From Cetorhinus maximus (taxonomy: Eukaryota), in NCBI RefSeq assembly GCF_964194155.1, contig NC_135900.1, forward strand, positions 44,330,001 to 44,394,000: a stretch of 64,000 nt of DNA, read 5' to 3'. Below the pieces are notes generated by a model. The model was not told the origin of the DNA and did no database searches. It worked only from the letters and a program-made list of their open reading frames with translations. The translations under genes were made by a program, and so were the position numbers. Numbering within the stretch: position 1 is the stretch's first letter; each line of letters starts with the position of its first letter. This document shows positions 1 to 13,552 of this stretch, piece after piece.

Positions 1-337
1 TCCAGATCATTGGAGACCAAACACACAACGCTAGATGCATGTCCGGACCACACAAAAGTCCCAATGCACTGACCTCCATGAGAATTTCCCAGGAAATGTG
101 AACCTCCTATGGGCAATACCCCTACCCCCTGGGACCCTGCTCGAATATCTATGACTCTGAGTTAGAGTCAAGAGACTCCAGACAGTTCTGCAGTACTTAC
201 CTGGATAGTTACCCAGGAAATGTTAGACAGGAAAATCCTATTCTAACTCCTGGCTAACTATAGAACGGACCCCTCCCAAATCACTCTCACTGACCCACTC
301 CCCCTGACAACCCACCACCCATCCATCACCCCAGCAT

Positions 338-657
338 TTTTTTTAATTCATTCATGGGATGTGGGCTTTGCTGGCTGTGCCAGCATTAATTGCCCATCCC
401 TAGTTGCCCTTGAGAAGGTGGTGGTGAGCTGCCTTCTTGAACTGCTGCAGTCCATGTGGTGTAGGTGCTGTTAGGAAGGGAGTTCCAGGATTTTGACCCA
501 GTGACAGTGAAGGAATGGCGATATATTTCCAAGTCAGGGTGGTGAGTGACTTGGAGGGGAGCTTCCAGGTGGTGTTCCCATCTATCTGCTGCCCTCGACT
601 TTCTAGGTAGTAGTACCCGTGGGTTTGGAAGGTGCTATCTAAGGAGCCTTGGTGAAT
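338..657 (-). mobile_element. 3' end of an abundant CR1-like LINE/SINE-tail family
   Basis: Reverse complement of the ...GGGATGGGCAATAAATGCTGG...CCCATGAATGAA(A)n tail seen repeatedly in this window (e.g. 4410-4665, 40225-40643, 51600-51785). Confidence 0.8.
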
Positions 658-659
658 TC

Positions 660-905
660 CTAAACCCCTCCTGACCCCACCAACTACCCCTCCTGACCAC
701 CTGACTACTCCCAAACCAAAGTCGGCTACTCCCACCATCCGACTACCTCTTCAACTAGACCCGACTAACCCCCCACCACTCGACTACCCACCTGACTGGC
801 CCCCAACCTGACTACCCCCCCCAACTACCCCCAATCTACCTATCCACCCTAACCACCTGCCACCTCATCCACCCTACCACCTTGCCCATTCACTCATTCA
901 TCCAC
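660..905. repeat. C-rich degenerate short tandem repeats (CCGACTACCCC-like)
   Basis: Recurrent (c/g)actacc(c) units. Confidence 0.6.
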
Positions 906-3900
906 TCACCCATGCAGTCACATTTAAACTGGACTTTTAAATTTACTTTATGGCAGCTAGTGCCATAAAAGGGAGGTGTGGCTTGTCCTCCCCCTGATGC
1001 TAGAGCTCTGCAGTGGAGAGCTTCGTGGAACCGTACACTCCATATTTCTGAAGAATTTGGACTCAGAAGACCTAGTCAGAAGTGCGGAGCATCTTTGGGG
1101 CGTTGAAAAGTTCAAGCAGAAGATCCGGGCCTAAGTTTCACTTAGCTGCCAGGTATCTACATTAACTGTTTTGGCTCCAGTCAATTACCAGCCACTATGA
1201 AAGTGTGGTAATAGTTGTTGGAGATTATGCAGAGGGCAATAGTTGCAAACTTGGTGAACAATGCCTTAGCATGTGATCTAATGACCTTAGTCTTCAGAGA
1301 TCTATCAAGCGATAATTGCACAAGTTCACTGCTATTGATGCTCAACTGGAAACAGATGTATGATCTTTGCTGCAACATAAACAATATTGTCCTCATAGCT
1401 ACACCTAATGGTGATCCATGTTCTGTTAAAAAAAATCTGAATCACATAGCCCTTTCGGTTTTTCTCCTGCTGAAAATCTGGCCCAGAGTGTGCATATATC
1501 ATCAGTATGGCACATACAGCAATGTAATGTGTGGGTTGGCAGAAATGCAGCGGGTGGCATCTTCAGAGCTGATATTTAGTAAGAAAAAAGTGGGAGATTT
1601 CTGAAGCGTTCTCTCAAATTTGGAAGGAACTTTTTAAATAAACTACAGTGTATTTCATTGCTTGAAAATAGAAATGAATTGCTAAAAAATAATTAACAAT
1701 CCAATGTATATACCTCACTGGATACAAGTCTTCTTATGATCTCCCAAAAGAATATGGTATAAACAACAGCACAAGTTTATTAGATGTAACAAATGAGCAA
1801 AAAGTGAATGCTGCAGTTTGTAGTACTTTCACTAATTTTTTAAAACTGTAGCGCCATTCCAAACATAACAAAAGACACAACACTTGGTTAATTTTAATAA
1901 TACTAAACACGAGCTATTGTCAGTAATATAACTAACTTGTGAAGATTGAGAAATTATCCAAAGAGCTCCACAGGTCTATCTCCAAACAAGCTATGGAACA
2001 CTAATACAAGAGCTAATGAGCAACAAGAACACTGCTTTGGTACTTCTCTTACTCCTTAAGTTGAAGTACGCTTAACAATTTTAACACAATTGGACCTGAA
2101 CTCTATCCAGATGCAAACACATCTTTTACGGCATTAAACAACAGTCTTCACTTTGAATAGTTTCAGGTTAAGCAATAGGTATTAAATGGCTTGCATCTAC
2201 TTTGCAATCAAAACATATTTGCACAGGAATAATGCCTCTGAAGTAAGCTTTTACTTATCAGATGATATTCTCTAATATGTGTAAAATATGTTAACATTAG
2301 CAAAGTTTAAACTACTCAGGCATAATGCAGCAGCAACAGCACTTTTAACATCAAAGGTAATAAGCTTATTTGGCAAGGTAATGATCTATTCTGGCAACAT
2401 TGCCCTATCACACTCACTTACACTCATAATAGATAGTACAGTACCAGTAGGCTTTGACACCCTAAATATGGATTTTTCTTTACAGGTACCCTGAATTTTC
2501 AATGCATTTTAAGAAGTGCTACAACCACTTAATTTTCAATATACATTAGATTTTTAAATCAAAGCATAACGTAGGAATTGGCAATATTCCTGCAGCTGAT
2601 CCACAACTACACATACTTTCCATTTCTACACTGCTTAGAGAGTGCAATGAGAAAGAAAAGCAATGAGATAATAGCAGAGGGTATGATGCAAAACAAGGAT
2701 CAAGGGGATAGGATCACCAAATTACACCAAAAGCTGTAACAAAAATCACAATTAAGCTTCAAGCAATTAAGTTAGACATACATTCAAGAGGACTGTAGCG
2801 AGGGCATACAGGAAACATGCACGGCTGAAGCATTAGGGGGATTTTCTCCATACCCACCATTGAAAACTGATTTGCACCTCTCAACACCCATTCAGTCCTC
2901 GTCATGCCACTCATCACCTTCCACAAAAAAAACAAACAAGGCCAAAACAAAATTCAGCAAAACACTAACACCGATGAAGATGATAGACTTTAAAGAAAAT
3001 TTAAATCAAAAAGCATATAATGGAAACCATAATCTTTGAATTGCTATGCACGGTGCCATGGGAAATCCAACTTACTTACCAATTATTTTGAACTAGAGTT
3101 TCACACAGATGTTGTTCTCTCAAATTTCAGGTTTAAAATCAATGTCATTACACAGAAGCAATGAATAAAACAAAACATATGTTGGGTGTTAGATAAATCA
3201 GGAGAGCAAATATCCTCAATTGTCATTTGAAGTTGTGTATATTCAGATCAGCAATGTGTTCAGTTCTGATCATATAAATGCAGGAGAAACTTCCAAATCC
3301 TAGGAGCACCATGATGACAATCTCTAGCATTGGAGGACTCAGTTATAATAAAAGCTGGAAAAACTTGAACAACTGAAAGATAACTTTATAGAGATACACA
3401 AGATACTGGCATTACCCCTTTGTATTTGAAGATGATATTCTTCTACATGGCTTGAATACACTACTGATTATTATACTGACACAAAAAGAGACAAGTTCTC
3501 CTGCACACTTCAAACTAAAAGAAACCATTTGGGATCAACAGGCTGCTGCTGTTCACATTTCCAATACTGCAGGTTATCTTTCACAAGATCTGCACTCCTG
3601 CACTCATACCACCTACAGTGACATGCATCACTACTCACCAGTTCCTTCAATCAGCTCTAAGATTTTCCCAACTATAGACTGATTATTTAGCTCTTGGTAC
3701 ACTTGACTGTGCCCTTACATCAGTCACTTAGATGCTGCTTTCCTTATTTCAGTTTGCTGTATTAAACCCTTTTTGGCATTTAGTCTTCCATATGGCTGGC
3801 ATGTGAAACAGCCAGTAACAGCGAACATTTTTGATTCCTCTTTATTTGTCCACTTGCATGTTTGTTGGCTTGCTCACATGCCAGCTGATAAAGCTGTTCA

Positions 3901-4409
3901 ATTTAGTTTTGCTTATAGCTGGATAACTGCCTGTGAAATTCAGTAGTGGGACAGCAGCAGTTTGTTGCATTGCTCAGCTTTTTCTCTCCATGAGCTGATT
4001 ATCAAGTTCACACTATTACTACTTCTACAATGAGAAAGGAAGGGAGCAGAATGATTCAAACTAAGAGCTCCTCTTTGACCCATACACTGCAAGGCCACAA
4101 CACACAGAATGAAATCCACACATGGGCTGCAATCAGCCTATGGTGCACAGGTTGGGCACCATGTCATAGATAATAAGTAATAAGCAAATGCAAAATATCA
4201 GTTAAGATTTGTGGGGAAATAGCAGTGAAAATAATTTTTCTCTCTTCCGATTTCTACTGCTGAAAAATATATTGCATTTTAGAAAGCTAGATCAAAGTCA
4301 ATTACAAGATATCCACTTATTCAGAGTTTAAGGATCTAGGAAAATGCATTTGAAAAAGTACACTACTGTTGTAGTCTTGGCCAGTAGTGTGATACAATAG
4401 GTCTCCAAT

Positions 4410-4665
4410 GCAAGTTCCACCTTCTGCAAGTTCCCCGCCAAACCACTCATGACCCTGACTCGGAAATATATCACCATTTCTCCATTGTCACTGGGTCAAA
4501 ATCCTGGAACTTCTTCCTTCACAGCACTGTGGGTGCACCACATGGACTGCAGCAGTTCTAGGAGGCAGCTCACCATCACCTTCTCAAAGGTATTTAGGGA
4601 TGGGCAATAAATACTAGCCTAGCCAGTGATGCCCTCATCTTATGAATGAATTAAAACAAAAAAAT
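4410..4665 (+). mobile_element. CR1-like LINE 3' tail fragment
   Basis: Same tail motif, ending ATGAATGAATTAAAACAAAAAAA. Confidence 0.8.
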
Positions 4666-4979
4666 CAGCCTACTGGGTAAGGAACTTTCAATGTTACACT
4701 GCTGGACATAGCAATTTCTGTGCTGTATTTATGATATAGGAACAACAGCTGATGTCACATTGGCCTTTATAATTTAACAGCAATAGAGAAATTTACACAA
4801 ACAGTGTTACAGGAACCTGGCTATTTCCCTTAATCATGTGTAATGAAATTTCCTTTCAAACTTTCAAATTATACACATGGTCTGTTTTACCTGATAGCAT
4901 TATTTGTATTTAATGAATTAGCAATACAACTGAAAAATGTAATCAAGTGAATGGATAAAACAGTCGAACATGTTTTAGT

Positions 4980-7900
4980 TGACTCCCCATCTCAACTCAT
5001 CATTCCCTCTCCTCTGAGTTCACTGCCATCTTATCCTCCCTCAATCTTCCCCTCCATGTAAACTCCCCAACCCATGTTCATGGCCTGCCCCTTGACCTTG
5101 CCATCTCACATGGTCTTGCTAGTCCCATAATTTCAATCACAGATGAGGCCACCTCTGATCACTTCCTTGCACCACACAACACCTACATTCCCCTTCTACC
5201 ACCCAAACCTAGCTCTTTCTGCATCTGTCCCTGGAAAAGGTTATACCCCAATTCACTTGCAGCTGCACGTTCAAAATCCCAACTATCTAGCCTTTGGCCC
5301 TCCATTTGCCACAACATTTCTGCACCTACTGATTTACTCAACCAAACCTCATCTCCACCTTTGATGTCCTAGGCTCCAACAAAACCATTACTCTTACTCA
5401 CCCTGGACATTCCCCCGATATGGCTCCCACCTCCACTAACGTAAGTCTAAGGAATACAGACTTGAAAGGATATTGCACACAGCTGGTTAGCTAACCACCT
5501 CCAGATCTGGTTGGACCACTTAATACACCAAGTCCTATTCTCATCTGCTAAAATCTTCAATATTCCAGGATCATCCTGGAATGTAAAGATAACCCCCCCG
5601 GCTTATTTTCGCTACTGTAGACGGTCTCCTTAAACCCTGCCCTCCTTCAACAAGTGCGATGAACTCAAGGACTTCTTTGTCACTAAGATTGAGACAATCC
5701 AATCAGCTATGCCACATCCATCCCTTCCACTAGCCCACCTGACCAAACATCCTTTAATACTTCTCCTTACCCTAACCCTGAACTCGCATCTTTCTCTAGC
5801 TTCTCTCTCATCTCCTCTCATGCCCTCTCTGAGCTCAACTTGTCCATGAGACCCATCTCCTGTTCCCTTGATCCTATTCCCACTAAATTGCTAATCACCC
5901 AACTTCCCCTCCTGGCTCCCATGTTAGCTGATATTGTAAATAGTTCTCTCTTCAGATGTTGTACCTCTTTCCTTTAAATCTGATGTCATCACCCCTCTCC
6001 TCAGAATAAAAAAACAACTCTAACCCCTCCATCCTTGCAAACTACCTTTCCACCTCCAACCTCCCTTTTCTCTCCAAAGTCCTTGAGCATGTTGTCGCCC
6101 AAATCCATTCCTATCTTTCCGGAACTCCAAGTTTGAATTCCTCCAATCAGGTTTCCACCCCTGCCACAGTACCGAAACAGCTCTTGTCAAAGTCAAAAAT
6201 GACATCCTGCGTGGCTGTGACAAAGGTAAGCTTTCCATTCTCATCATTCTTTACCTGTCTGCTGACATAGCTGACACACCATCCTCCTCCAATGCCTTTC
6301 TACTGTCATCCAACTGGGTGGGGCTGCTCTCAAATAGATAATAATGGAACTATCTAATCATTGCCAGAGAATCACTTACAATGATTTCCCTTCCTGCTCC
6401 ACTACCTCTGATGTCCTCCAAGGATCAATCCTTGACCCCTTTCTATTTCTCAACCACGTACCGCAACTTGGCAACCTCATCTGAAGCCACAACATTAATT
6501 TTCACAGGTACGCTGTCAACACCCAGCTCTACCTCACCACCACCTCTCTCAACTCCTCCACTGTTGATAAATTATCAGACTGCTTAATTGACATCCAGTA
6601 CTGGATGAGCAGAAATTTCCTCCAGTTAAATATTGGGAAGTTTGCAGCCATTGTTTTCGGTCCCTGTTCCAAACTCTGTGTCCTAACTACTGCCTGCATC
6701 CCTCTCCTTTTCAAAAGTCTGAGATTCAGTCAGTCTGTTCGCAAGCTTGGTATCACATTTGATCCAGGGATGAGCTTCCAGCCTCATATTTGTGCTACTT
6801 CTTATTCCCACCTCCATAACACCGCTCGACTTCACCCCATCTGCTGATGAAACCATCATCCACGCCTTCATTACAGGTACCCTCGTCTATGCCAATGAAA
6901 TACTGACTGGTCTCCCACATTCTGCCCTCAATTAACTTGAGATCATCCAAAACATTGCTGCCCACATCTTAACTTGCAGCTACTCCTTGCCCATTCCCCT
7001 GTCATCCCTGTGCTCGCTGACCTACATTGCTTGACGAGAGCCAATGTTTTTATTTTAAAATTCTCATCCTTGTTTTCAAATCCTTCCATGGCCTTGCCCC
7101 TCCCTATATCCATAATCTCCTCCAACTCCACAACCCTCGGTGAGATACCTGTACTCCTCCAATTCTGCCTCTTGTGCAAAATGTTGTGAAGAAGACACAG
7201 AGTGGCTGCAAAGAGATATTGACAGGTTAAGTGAGTGGGCAATAAGATGGCAGATGGAATTATAATGTTGTGGAGTGTGAGATTATTCACTTTGGTCCTA
7301 AGAATAAAAAAGTAGAATTTTTTTTACAAGGTATGAAATTTATAAATATTGATGATCAAAAAGACTTGGTGTGCTTGTATAAGGAACTGAAGCATGCAGG
7401 TAGAACAAACAATTAGGAAGGCAAATGGCATATTGGTCTTTACTGCAAGGGTATTGGGAGTTCAGGAATAAAGAAGTCTTGCTACAATTGTACAGATCGT
7501 TTGGTGAGACTACACCTGGAATACTGTGTGCAGTTTTGATCTCCGTATTGAAGGATGGATAGACCTGCATTATACTTCCCTTACAACGAAGGTTCACTAG
7601 ATTGGTCCCTGGGATAAAAGTTCTATGATGAGAGACTGAGTAAATTGGCTCTATATTCTCCACTGGTTAGATCATGAGAGGTGATCTCATTGAACCATAC
7701 AAAATTCTAAAAGGGCCTGATAGAGTTAACACAGAAGTTGTTTCTGCTAGCTGGAGAATCCAGGACACAGTCTCAGGATAAGGGGTCAATTATTTAAGAC
7801 TATGAGGATGACAAATTTCTTCACTCAAAAGGTTGTGAATCTTTGGAATTCTCTACTCCAAAGAGTTGTGGTTGCTCCATCGTTCTCTATATTTAAGGCT

Positions 7901-8330
7901 GAGATAGGCAGATTTTTGGTCTTTCAGGGAATCAAAGGATATGGGGAATGGGCCGGAAAGTGGAGTTAAAGCCCAAGATCAGCCATTAACATTGAACGGC
8001 AGAGCAAGGTTGACAGGCTGTATGGTCTACTCCTGTTCCTATCTTGTGTGTTCTTGTGTTCATTCGTTGTTTTAACTGCTCCATCACTGGTGGCTGTGAC
8101 TTTAGTTAGCTAGACTGCAAGCTCTGAAATTCCCTCCCTATACCTCTCTGCCTCATTCTCCTCCTTTATGACACTTCTTAAAAACCTACCTCTGACCGAG
8201 CTTTTGGTCATCTGATCTAGTATCTCCTTATGCAGCTCACTGTCTTACATTAATTTATAATGCTCCTGTGAAGCGCCTTGGAATGTTTCATTATGTTAAA
8301 TGTACGATATAAATGTAAGTTATTGTTGTT
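4980..8330 (+). mobile_element. Decayed L2-clade LINE (ORF2 remnant and 3' tail), interrupted at about 7190-8060 by a CR1
   Basis: RT remnants: QSGFHPCHSTETALVKVKNDI-like coding near 6145-6205 and MSRNFLQLNIGK (ORF 6605). L2 tail TGAAGCGCCTTGG...ATATAAATGTAAGTTATTGTTGTT near 8270-8330. Confidence 0.8.
7195..8060 (+). mobile_element. CR1 LINE 3' fragment nested in the L2
   Basis: Degenerate [13 protein letters not shown]-type and RGDLIETYKIL-type coding, with a CR1 terminal CTACTCCTGTTCCTAT plus short repeats. Confidence 0.85.
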
Positions 8331-9973
8331 CACAGTCCTAAATTCAATCTAAATCTGGAACTTTCTACCACATGAAGTAGTTATAGTACAGATACATTTA
8401 AGGGGAAACTAGATAAATACACAAGGGCAAAAGGAATAAAAAGATATGCTGATAGGGTAGACAGTAGGGCTGGAAGTGGCTTGTGTGGAACATAAACATT
8501 GACAAAGAACAGCTGGGCCAAATGGTGTCTCTGTGCTGTAACTTTATGTAATTTTATGTAATTCACACAAATGTGATCACAAGCATTAATTTCCTTGCAT
8601 TGTCTCAACATCGAAAGCTGCTCTATGACTTCACAAAGTATCAGAGCTTTGAAACCATTGTGACATCAGCTGTTGTTATAAATACCACTGATTATTTTTT
8701 ATAAGTGAAATGCACTTAATATCTTGTACAGTCCAGGTTGTGGCATCATATATTACTAGGGATTACATGTATGATGTAAAAGGTTTACAACAGTACAGAA
8801 ATACTATAAATGAAAGCACATCATCCTCTAACCACCATCTCTTTAGTTAAATAGTCAGTTCCAGTTTAATTTGGCACATGGAAATCAAAGATAAACAGCC
8901 CAGAGAATTGCCAATTGCAAAAACTCTATCTGAAAGTTTCTGCAGCTGTCTATCCCTGGAAACAGAAAAAAAAACATTTATAAAACAGTTCCATTTTCTT
9001 ATTTCTACAATGTGGGTAACTAAATCCTAAACATGAACAATGGAGCTAGAATTCACAATAATACCTCAAAGATTAGCAGCTACACCATAAGATTTATATC
9101 AAATTTATCATGAACCAATGGGGTACAGTTGTTTAATATTCCATTCAACAATTTCCATTCATAGCAGCAGGGAGAGAGCAGTTAGAGAAAGTGTCCAAAG
9201 GTACACATTCAAAGAGGTAAATTTTGAAAGTTTTTCCGAAAGGTGGAAAGAATTCATAAGATGAAGGGACACTCGCTCACAGAGCAGGACACCCAAAATC
9301 CATGTATAGCTTTGGACTATGAATTGTACATGGTATCACCCATAAATCATTTGAAGATTGTACTAGTCAAAAGAACTTCACAGTACAAAGCTGACTTTCA
9401 TATTTTCAAAACTGTTCAAGATAAGGTACATTGCAAATGGATTTATTAACAAGGTCTTTTATAAGCTGCAAGAGACGACATAACACAGGTGCTGCAAAGT
9501 CTTGTGCAAAGGAATTTTATGTAGTAAAGTAACACGGAAAGATAACTGAAAATAAAGAGGAAAAAATTCCCATCTTCAGCCTTCCCAGCTTGTTACACGG
9601 CATTTATGCACCAAATCTTAAAAAAACACATCGAAAAATGGAAACGGAAATCGGCACTATTCAAGAGGATTTTGTACTTTTTAATACCGCGCCTCCTGAA
9701 GTGTAATAGGACAAACAGCCTCGAATATTGCAGAGTGGAAAATCCACACATCTGGAGAGTAATGACAGATTTTTCCCAAAATGCTGCTACCCAATGGGGG
9801 AGTGCAGACATCCGCTTAAAGTCATGCAGAGCCAACTTTTAACAGCCCAGCACATAGGCGGGGGGGTCAGAGTGCTGAATAACCAACCATAGCACCCTTC
9901 CCTCTCCCCGACCCAACCCTGCCCTCTCCCCGATCCTTCCCTCTCCTCTCCTCCCCGACTGCTCTTTCTCTAC

Positions 9974-9993
9974 CTGACGCTGTAATAGGACAT
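9974..9993 (-). CDS. TULP3: Probable first coding exon of tubby-like protein 3 (MSYYSV-R/S, phase 2); rest of the gene presumably lies beyond the window start
   Basis: ATG TCC TAT TAC AGC GTC AG|gtagag inside a CpG-rich island. Position and strand match the vertebrate order FOXM1-RHNO1-TULP3. A short phase-2 exon 1 resembles tubby genes. Identity rests mainly on synteny. Confidence 0.6.
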
Positions 9994-10145
9994 CTTTGGG
10001 CGCCGTTGCTATGGTGCTAGCGGCCGCTCCTGTCTCCCGCTCCGTCACTGAACTTCCACTCGCTCCCGGAACCCCAGCCCCTAGCAACGCACCCCCCAAC
10101 AAAAGCCATTCCCATTGGTTCTCCCTCTCTCTCCACGTCATCCCA
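9994..10145 (-). promoter_or_regulatory. CpG-rich promoter/5' UTR with two RFX X-box-like sites, a CCAAT box and a CRE/ATF-like site
   Basis: GTTGCTATGGTGC at 10005-10017, TAGCAAC at 10082-10088, ATTGG near 10114, CCACGTCA near 10133-10140. Confidence 0.6.
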
Positions 10146-10539
10146 TTCAGCCATGATTTTTCTTATCAAAGTCCGGTTTTGAAGCAGTCCCTTGAGGATT
10201 GAGGTAAAGCGAGGCCCCTCCTCCTAACACCCAAAGTCTTAGAATCATCCCAGTCACTCGGTGATGTTTATACAGTCAATGAACAATGTACTCAGGAGTA
10301 TTTCCATGGTTTGTGACGGCTTCCCTTTGGTCTGGCTGCGGACAAACCTTCAGACTGCACTGCTGCCAATGAGACCCTATTGGAACAGTACACAGGTTGT
10401 CTGCTCCCTGGCTGATTTGCAGTCGAGTCTGCCTATTTGGTAAATGTTATGAACAACATATCCACCCTAAAAAGTGCTTTCTGATTTCACTCAATAGTGC
10501 AGCTGTTGCAATAGTGCCCCATTGTTCTGGATTTCCTAC

Positions 10540-10760
10540 TATACTCCCAACTGTATCTATCCTACCGAACCCCTTTATCATTTTGAACACCTCAATTAGG
10601 TTTCTAAACTCAAGGGAATATAAACCAAGTTTATGCAACCTGTCTTCACACATTAAGCCCTAGTGAATTAATTGTACTGAATCTGCTCTGTACCCCCTCC
10701 CAGGCCAGTATATCTTTCCTAAGGTGGTGCTGAACTGAACACAGCACTTCAGATGGAGGC
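10540..10760 (-). mobile_element. CR1 fragment
   Basis: ORF 10447..10653 contains EDRLHKLGLYSLE..LIEVFKMIKG. Confidence 0.7.
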
Positions 10761-11489
10761 TGACTTATGTTACTGGGTTTATGATTATAGTTGACTGCTT
10801 ATTTGTCACTCAATGGGCAGATCACAGCTGCTAAACAAAATGTGTACGAGAAGAAAGCAATTCATTAAGAAAACTGAGTAAATAATAGGTTTTACAGCAA
10901 AAATATACAAAAGTTGAAATGTAATGGTGATTTTACGTAAAACCCTTAGTAAGTCTGCTGTTAGAATACTGTTTTCAGTTAAACTGCATACTATAGAAAA
11001 ATTATTTTGGCAATAGAGATGGCAGTATAGATGCTGACTAGTATAAGGAACTACAGAAATGAAGAAAAAGTTGAAGGAATTAGAGCTGTTTGTGTTAGCT
11101 TTAAACACTTGCGTGAAATCTCTATGAAGAGATAGGAGTGAGTAGATAGAAACAAATTGGTCGAGAGTTTTAGAACAAGATAAAATGTAAGAGTTTTAGG
11201 GCAGGACATGACAAGAGACTTTTTTGTTAGAAACACAAGGTTGAGACCATAGAATGCACCACTGGAATTAGTGATTATAGGTGGTATAAAGTAGTATGGG
11301 AACAGAAGGGATGTGTGGACTAAGGTTTGCTATTCAGGTAGAGGACAAAGCACAGCACAGTCTGGTTGAAAGTGGTAACGGGAGAAGTAAAGAAACAAAA
11401 AGGTGTGTCTAGAGGAGGTGTGAATTGCAGAATAATGAACAAATATGATCCGAAAAAAAGAGAAAAAAAAACTTGAGAGTAAAGCCAAA

Positions 11490-12170
11490 ACCAGCAAATA
11501 AAGTTGAAACAAAATGGAGGTTTTATGGTGTCAAATTGTTGAATAATGTTGAATCCAGAAGGTGATTAATCAAGATGAGGTGCTGTTCCTTGAGTTTATG
11601 CTGAGGCCAAGGACAGAAAGATCAGCGTTAACAGCAAAGTGGAGAATTAAATGACAGGTAGCCAGAAGCTCAGGATTATGATTGTGGACTGAACTAAGGT
11701 AGTCTGAAAAGCAATCACCCAATCTGCATTTGTTTGCCTCTTTGTAGAGCAGCAAATACAGTATACTAAATTGAAGGAAGGACAGATAAATGATTGTTTA
11801 CTTGCAAGCAGTGTTTGGGGCCTTGGATGGTGAGGAGAGAGGAACTAAAATGGCAGGTGTTGGATCTCCACTTACATGGAAAGGTGTTTGAAGGGTCAGA
11901 CCAGGGTGTCAGAGAGGGAACAATCCCATCAGAATGCTGAGAGGAGGGGGGGAAAAAGATGTGTTTGGTCACGCTGGAGGCAGCAGAAATGGAAGAGGAT
12001 GATTGGTTGAATACGTAGACTGGTGGAGTAGAAGGCGAGGACAAGGAGAACAGTACTGTGATTCTGAGAGAGAGAGGGAGAGCCATGGCAACCATGGTAG
12101 GGGAAAATCCTTGGTTGAGGAAAAAGACATATCAGAAGTGCTGGTATGGAAGGTTGCATCATATTAGCCT
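11490..12170 (-). mobile_element. Penelope-like element remnant (GIY-YIG endonuclease region)
   Basis: ORF 11570..11755 LLYKEANKCRLGDCFSDYLSSV..PELLATCH resembles the PLE YIGETKRRLGDRF.EHL.SV motif. Upstream fragments FPCKWRSNTC and IQGPK also fit. Confidence 0.65.
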
Positions 12171-12672
12171 GTGCTGAGGCACCAGGTGGAAGCAGTGCAC
12201 TTCTCACAGCGGTGGGAAATATTATGAAGTTCATGACACTTGAATATGGTCTCACTCACTTCCCACCATACATTTTAGGAATGCTGTAAGCAGTTTAAAA
12301 ATGTTATGTGCAGAGGTGTGGCAACTTATTTCACTCTTCTCAGTCAACATGGCCGAACATTGGCAACCTTTGAATAAGTCACAGATCCAGTTTATCAATT
12401 ATTTTTTTATAAAAACATGGTCAAGCCTTCCTGAATAGTTCAGTGCATTTACCAAGTGGCTGAGCTATGCATGCAAGATCTAGATTCAATGTTTCACTCG
12501 CTAAGCTATGATAGAAATTGCTGCCATTGGCCTCAGCATACCAGTTAGAGAAGTGAAAAATTGCCAGGGTGTCTGAACCTGATCGCTATCCCAGCCAGCC
12601 ACCCACATAACACCCTACATAAACTAGAGCACATCCGCAGTTTCGGAAGGGACCTAGAGCAGGAAGAATCAG

Positions 12673-13080
12673 ATGGCGAGGAAGAAGCAGACAGCCCTGA
12701 AATCCAGTGGGGGTCAAGCTCCCTGCAAACAGCTACCAAGACGCCTCGCAAGAGCACCCCGGCCACTGGCGGCATGAAGAAGCCCCGCACCGCTACCAAC
12801 CCGGTAACGTGGCTCTGCGGGAGATCCGCTGCAACCAGAAATCCACCAAGCTGCTGATAACAAACTGCCCTTCCAGCGCCTGGTGCGGGAGATCGCCCAG
12901 GACTTCAAAACCGACCTGCGCTTCCAGATCTCAGCCGTCATGGCCCTGCAGGAGGCCAGCGAGGCTTACCTGGTGGAGCTCTTCGAGGACACCAACCTAT
13001 GTGCCATCCACGCCAAGCGGGTCACCATCATGCTCAGGGGTATCCACCTGGCCCAGCAGATCCAGGGGGAACGTGCCTGA
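12673..13080 (+). pseudogene. Histone H3 pseudogene (canonical H3.2-like), frameshifted
   Basis: MARKKQTALKSSGGQAP...ALREIR...[49 protein letters not shown]...GERA*, spread across several frames. SAVM and S96 point to H3.2 rather than H3.3. Confidence 0.93.
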
Positions 13081-13109
13081 ACTAAAAAAACCATTCCCCC
13101 CAAAAATAC

Positions 13110-13552
13110 TGGTCATATCTTAACTCACACCAAGTCCCACTCACCCATCAACTGTTGCCCTAATTGGCTCTTATCTGGCAACGTTTCAACTTAAAATTCT
13201 CATCCTTATGTTCAAATCTCTTCATGGCCTCACCCCTCCACATCTCTGACCTCCTCTAGCCCTACAAACCTCAGATTTCTACACTCCTTCAATTCTAGCC
13301 TCTTGTACATCCCTGATTTCCTTCACACTCCAACACTGCTTTCAGCTGTTCAAATCACCAGCTGTGAAATTTCCTCCCTCAACCTCCCTACCTTTCTTTC
13401 CAAATCTATTTGACCAAACCAACCTATTTGACCAAACCTTATGTCACCTATTCTAATCACTGAAGCTCAGTGTCAAAGTATGTTTGAAAACACTCCCGTG
13501 AAGCACCTTGGGATATTTTACTACATTAATGGCTCTATAAATGCAAGTTGTT
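13110..13552 (+). mobile_element. L2 3' fragment directly after the H3 pseudogene
   Basis: Similar to 6960-7130 and to the L2 tail (GTGAAGCACCTTGGG...ATAAATGCAAGTTG). Confidence 0.75.

Noticed and set aside
3630-3720. Minus-strand donor CTG|gtgagt as an alternative TULP3 exon
   Set aside because: No supported acceptor or start codon with an open frame
8850-8956. Strong minus-strand acceptor (ttttctgtttccag) as TULP3 exon 2
   Set aside because: The in-frame translation (DRQLQKLSDRVF...) reaches a stop with no convincing donor or tubby similarity
12883-13080. Functional histone H3 variant
   Set aside because: Upstream frameshifts and substitutions at invariant residues indicate a pseudogene
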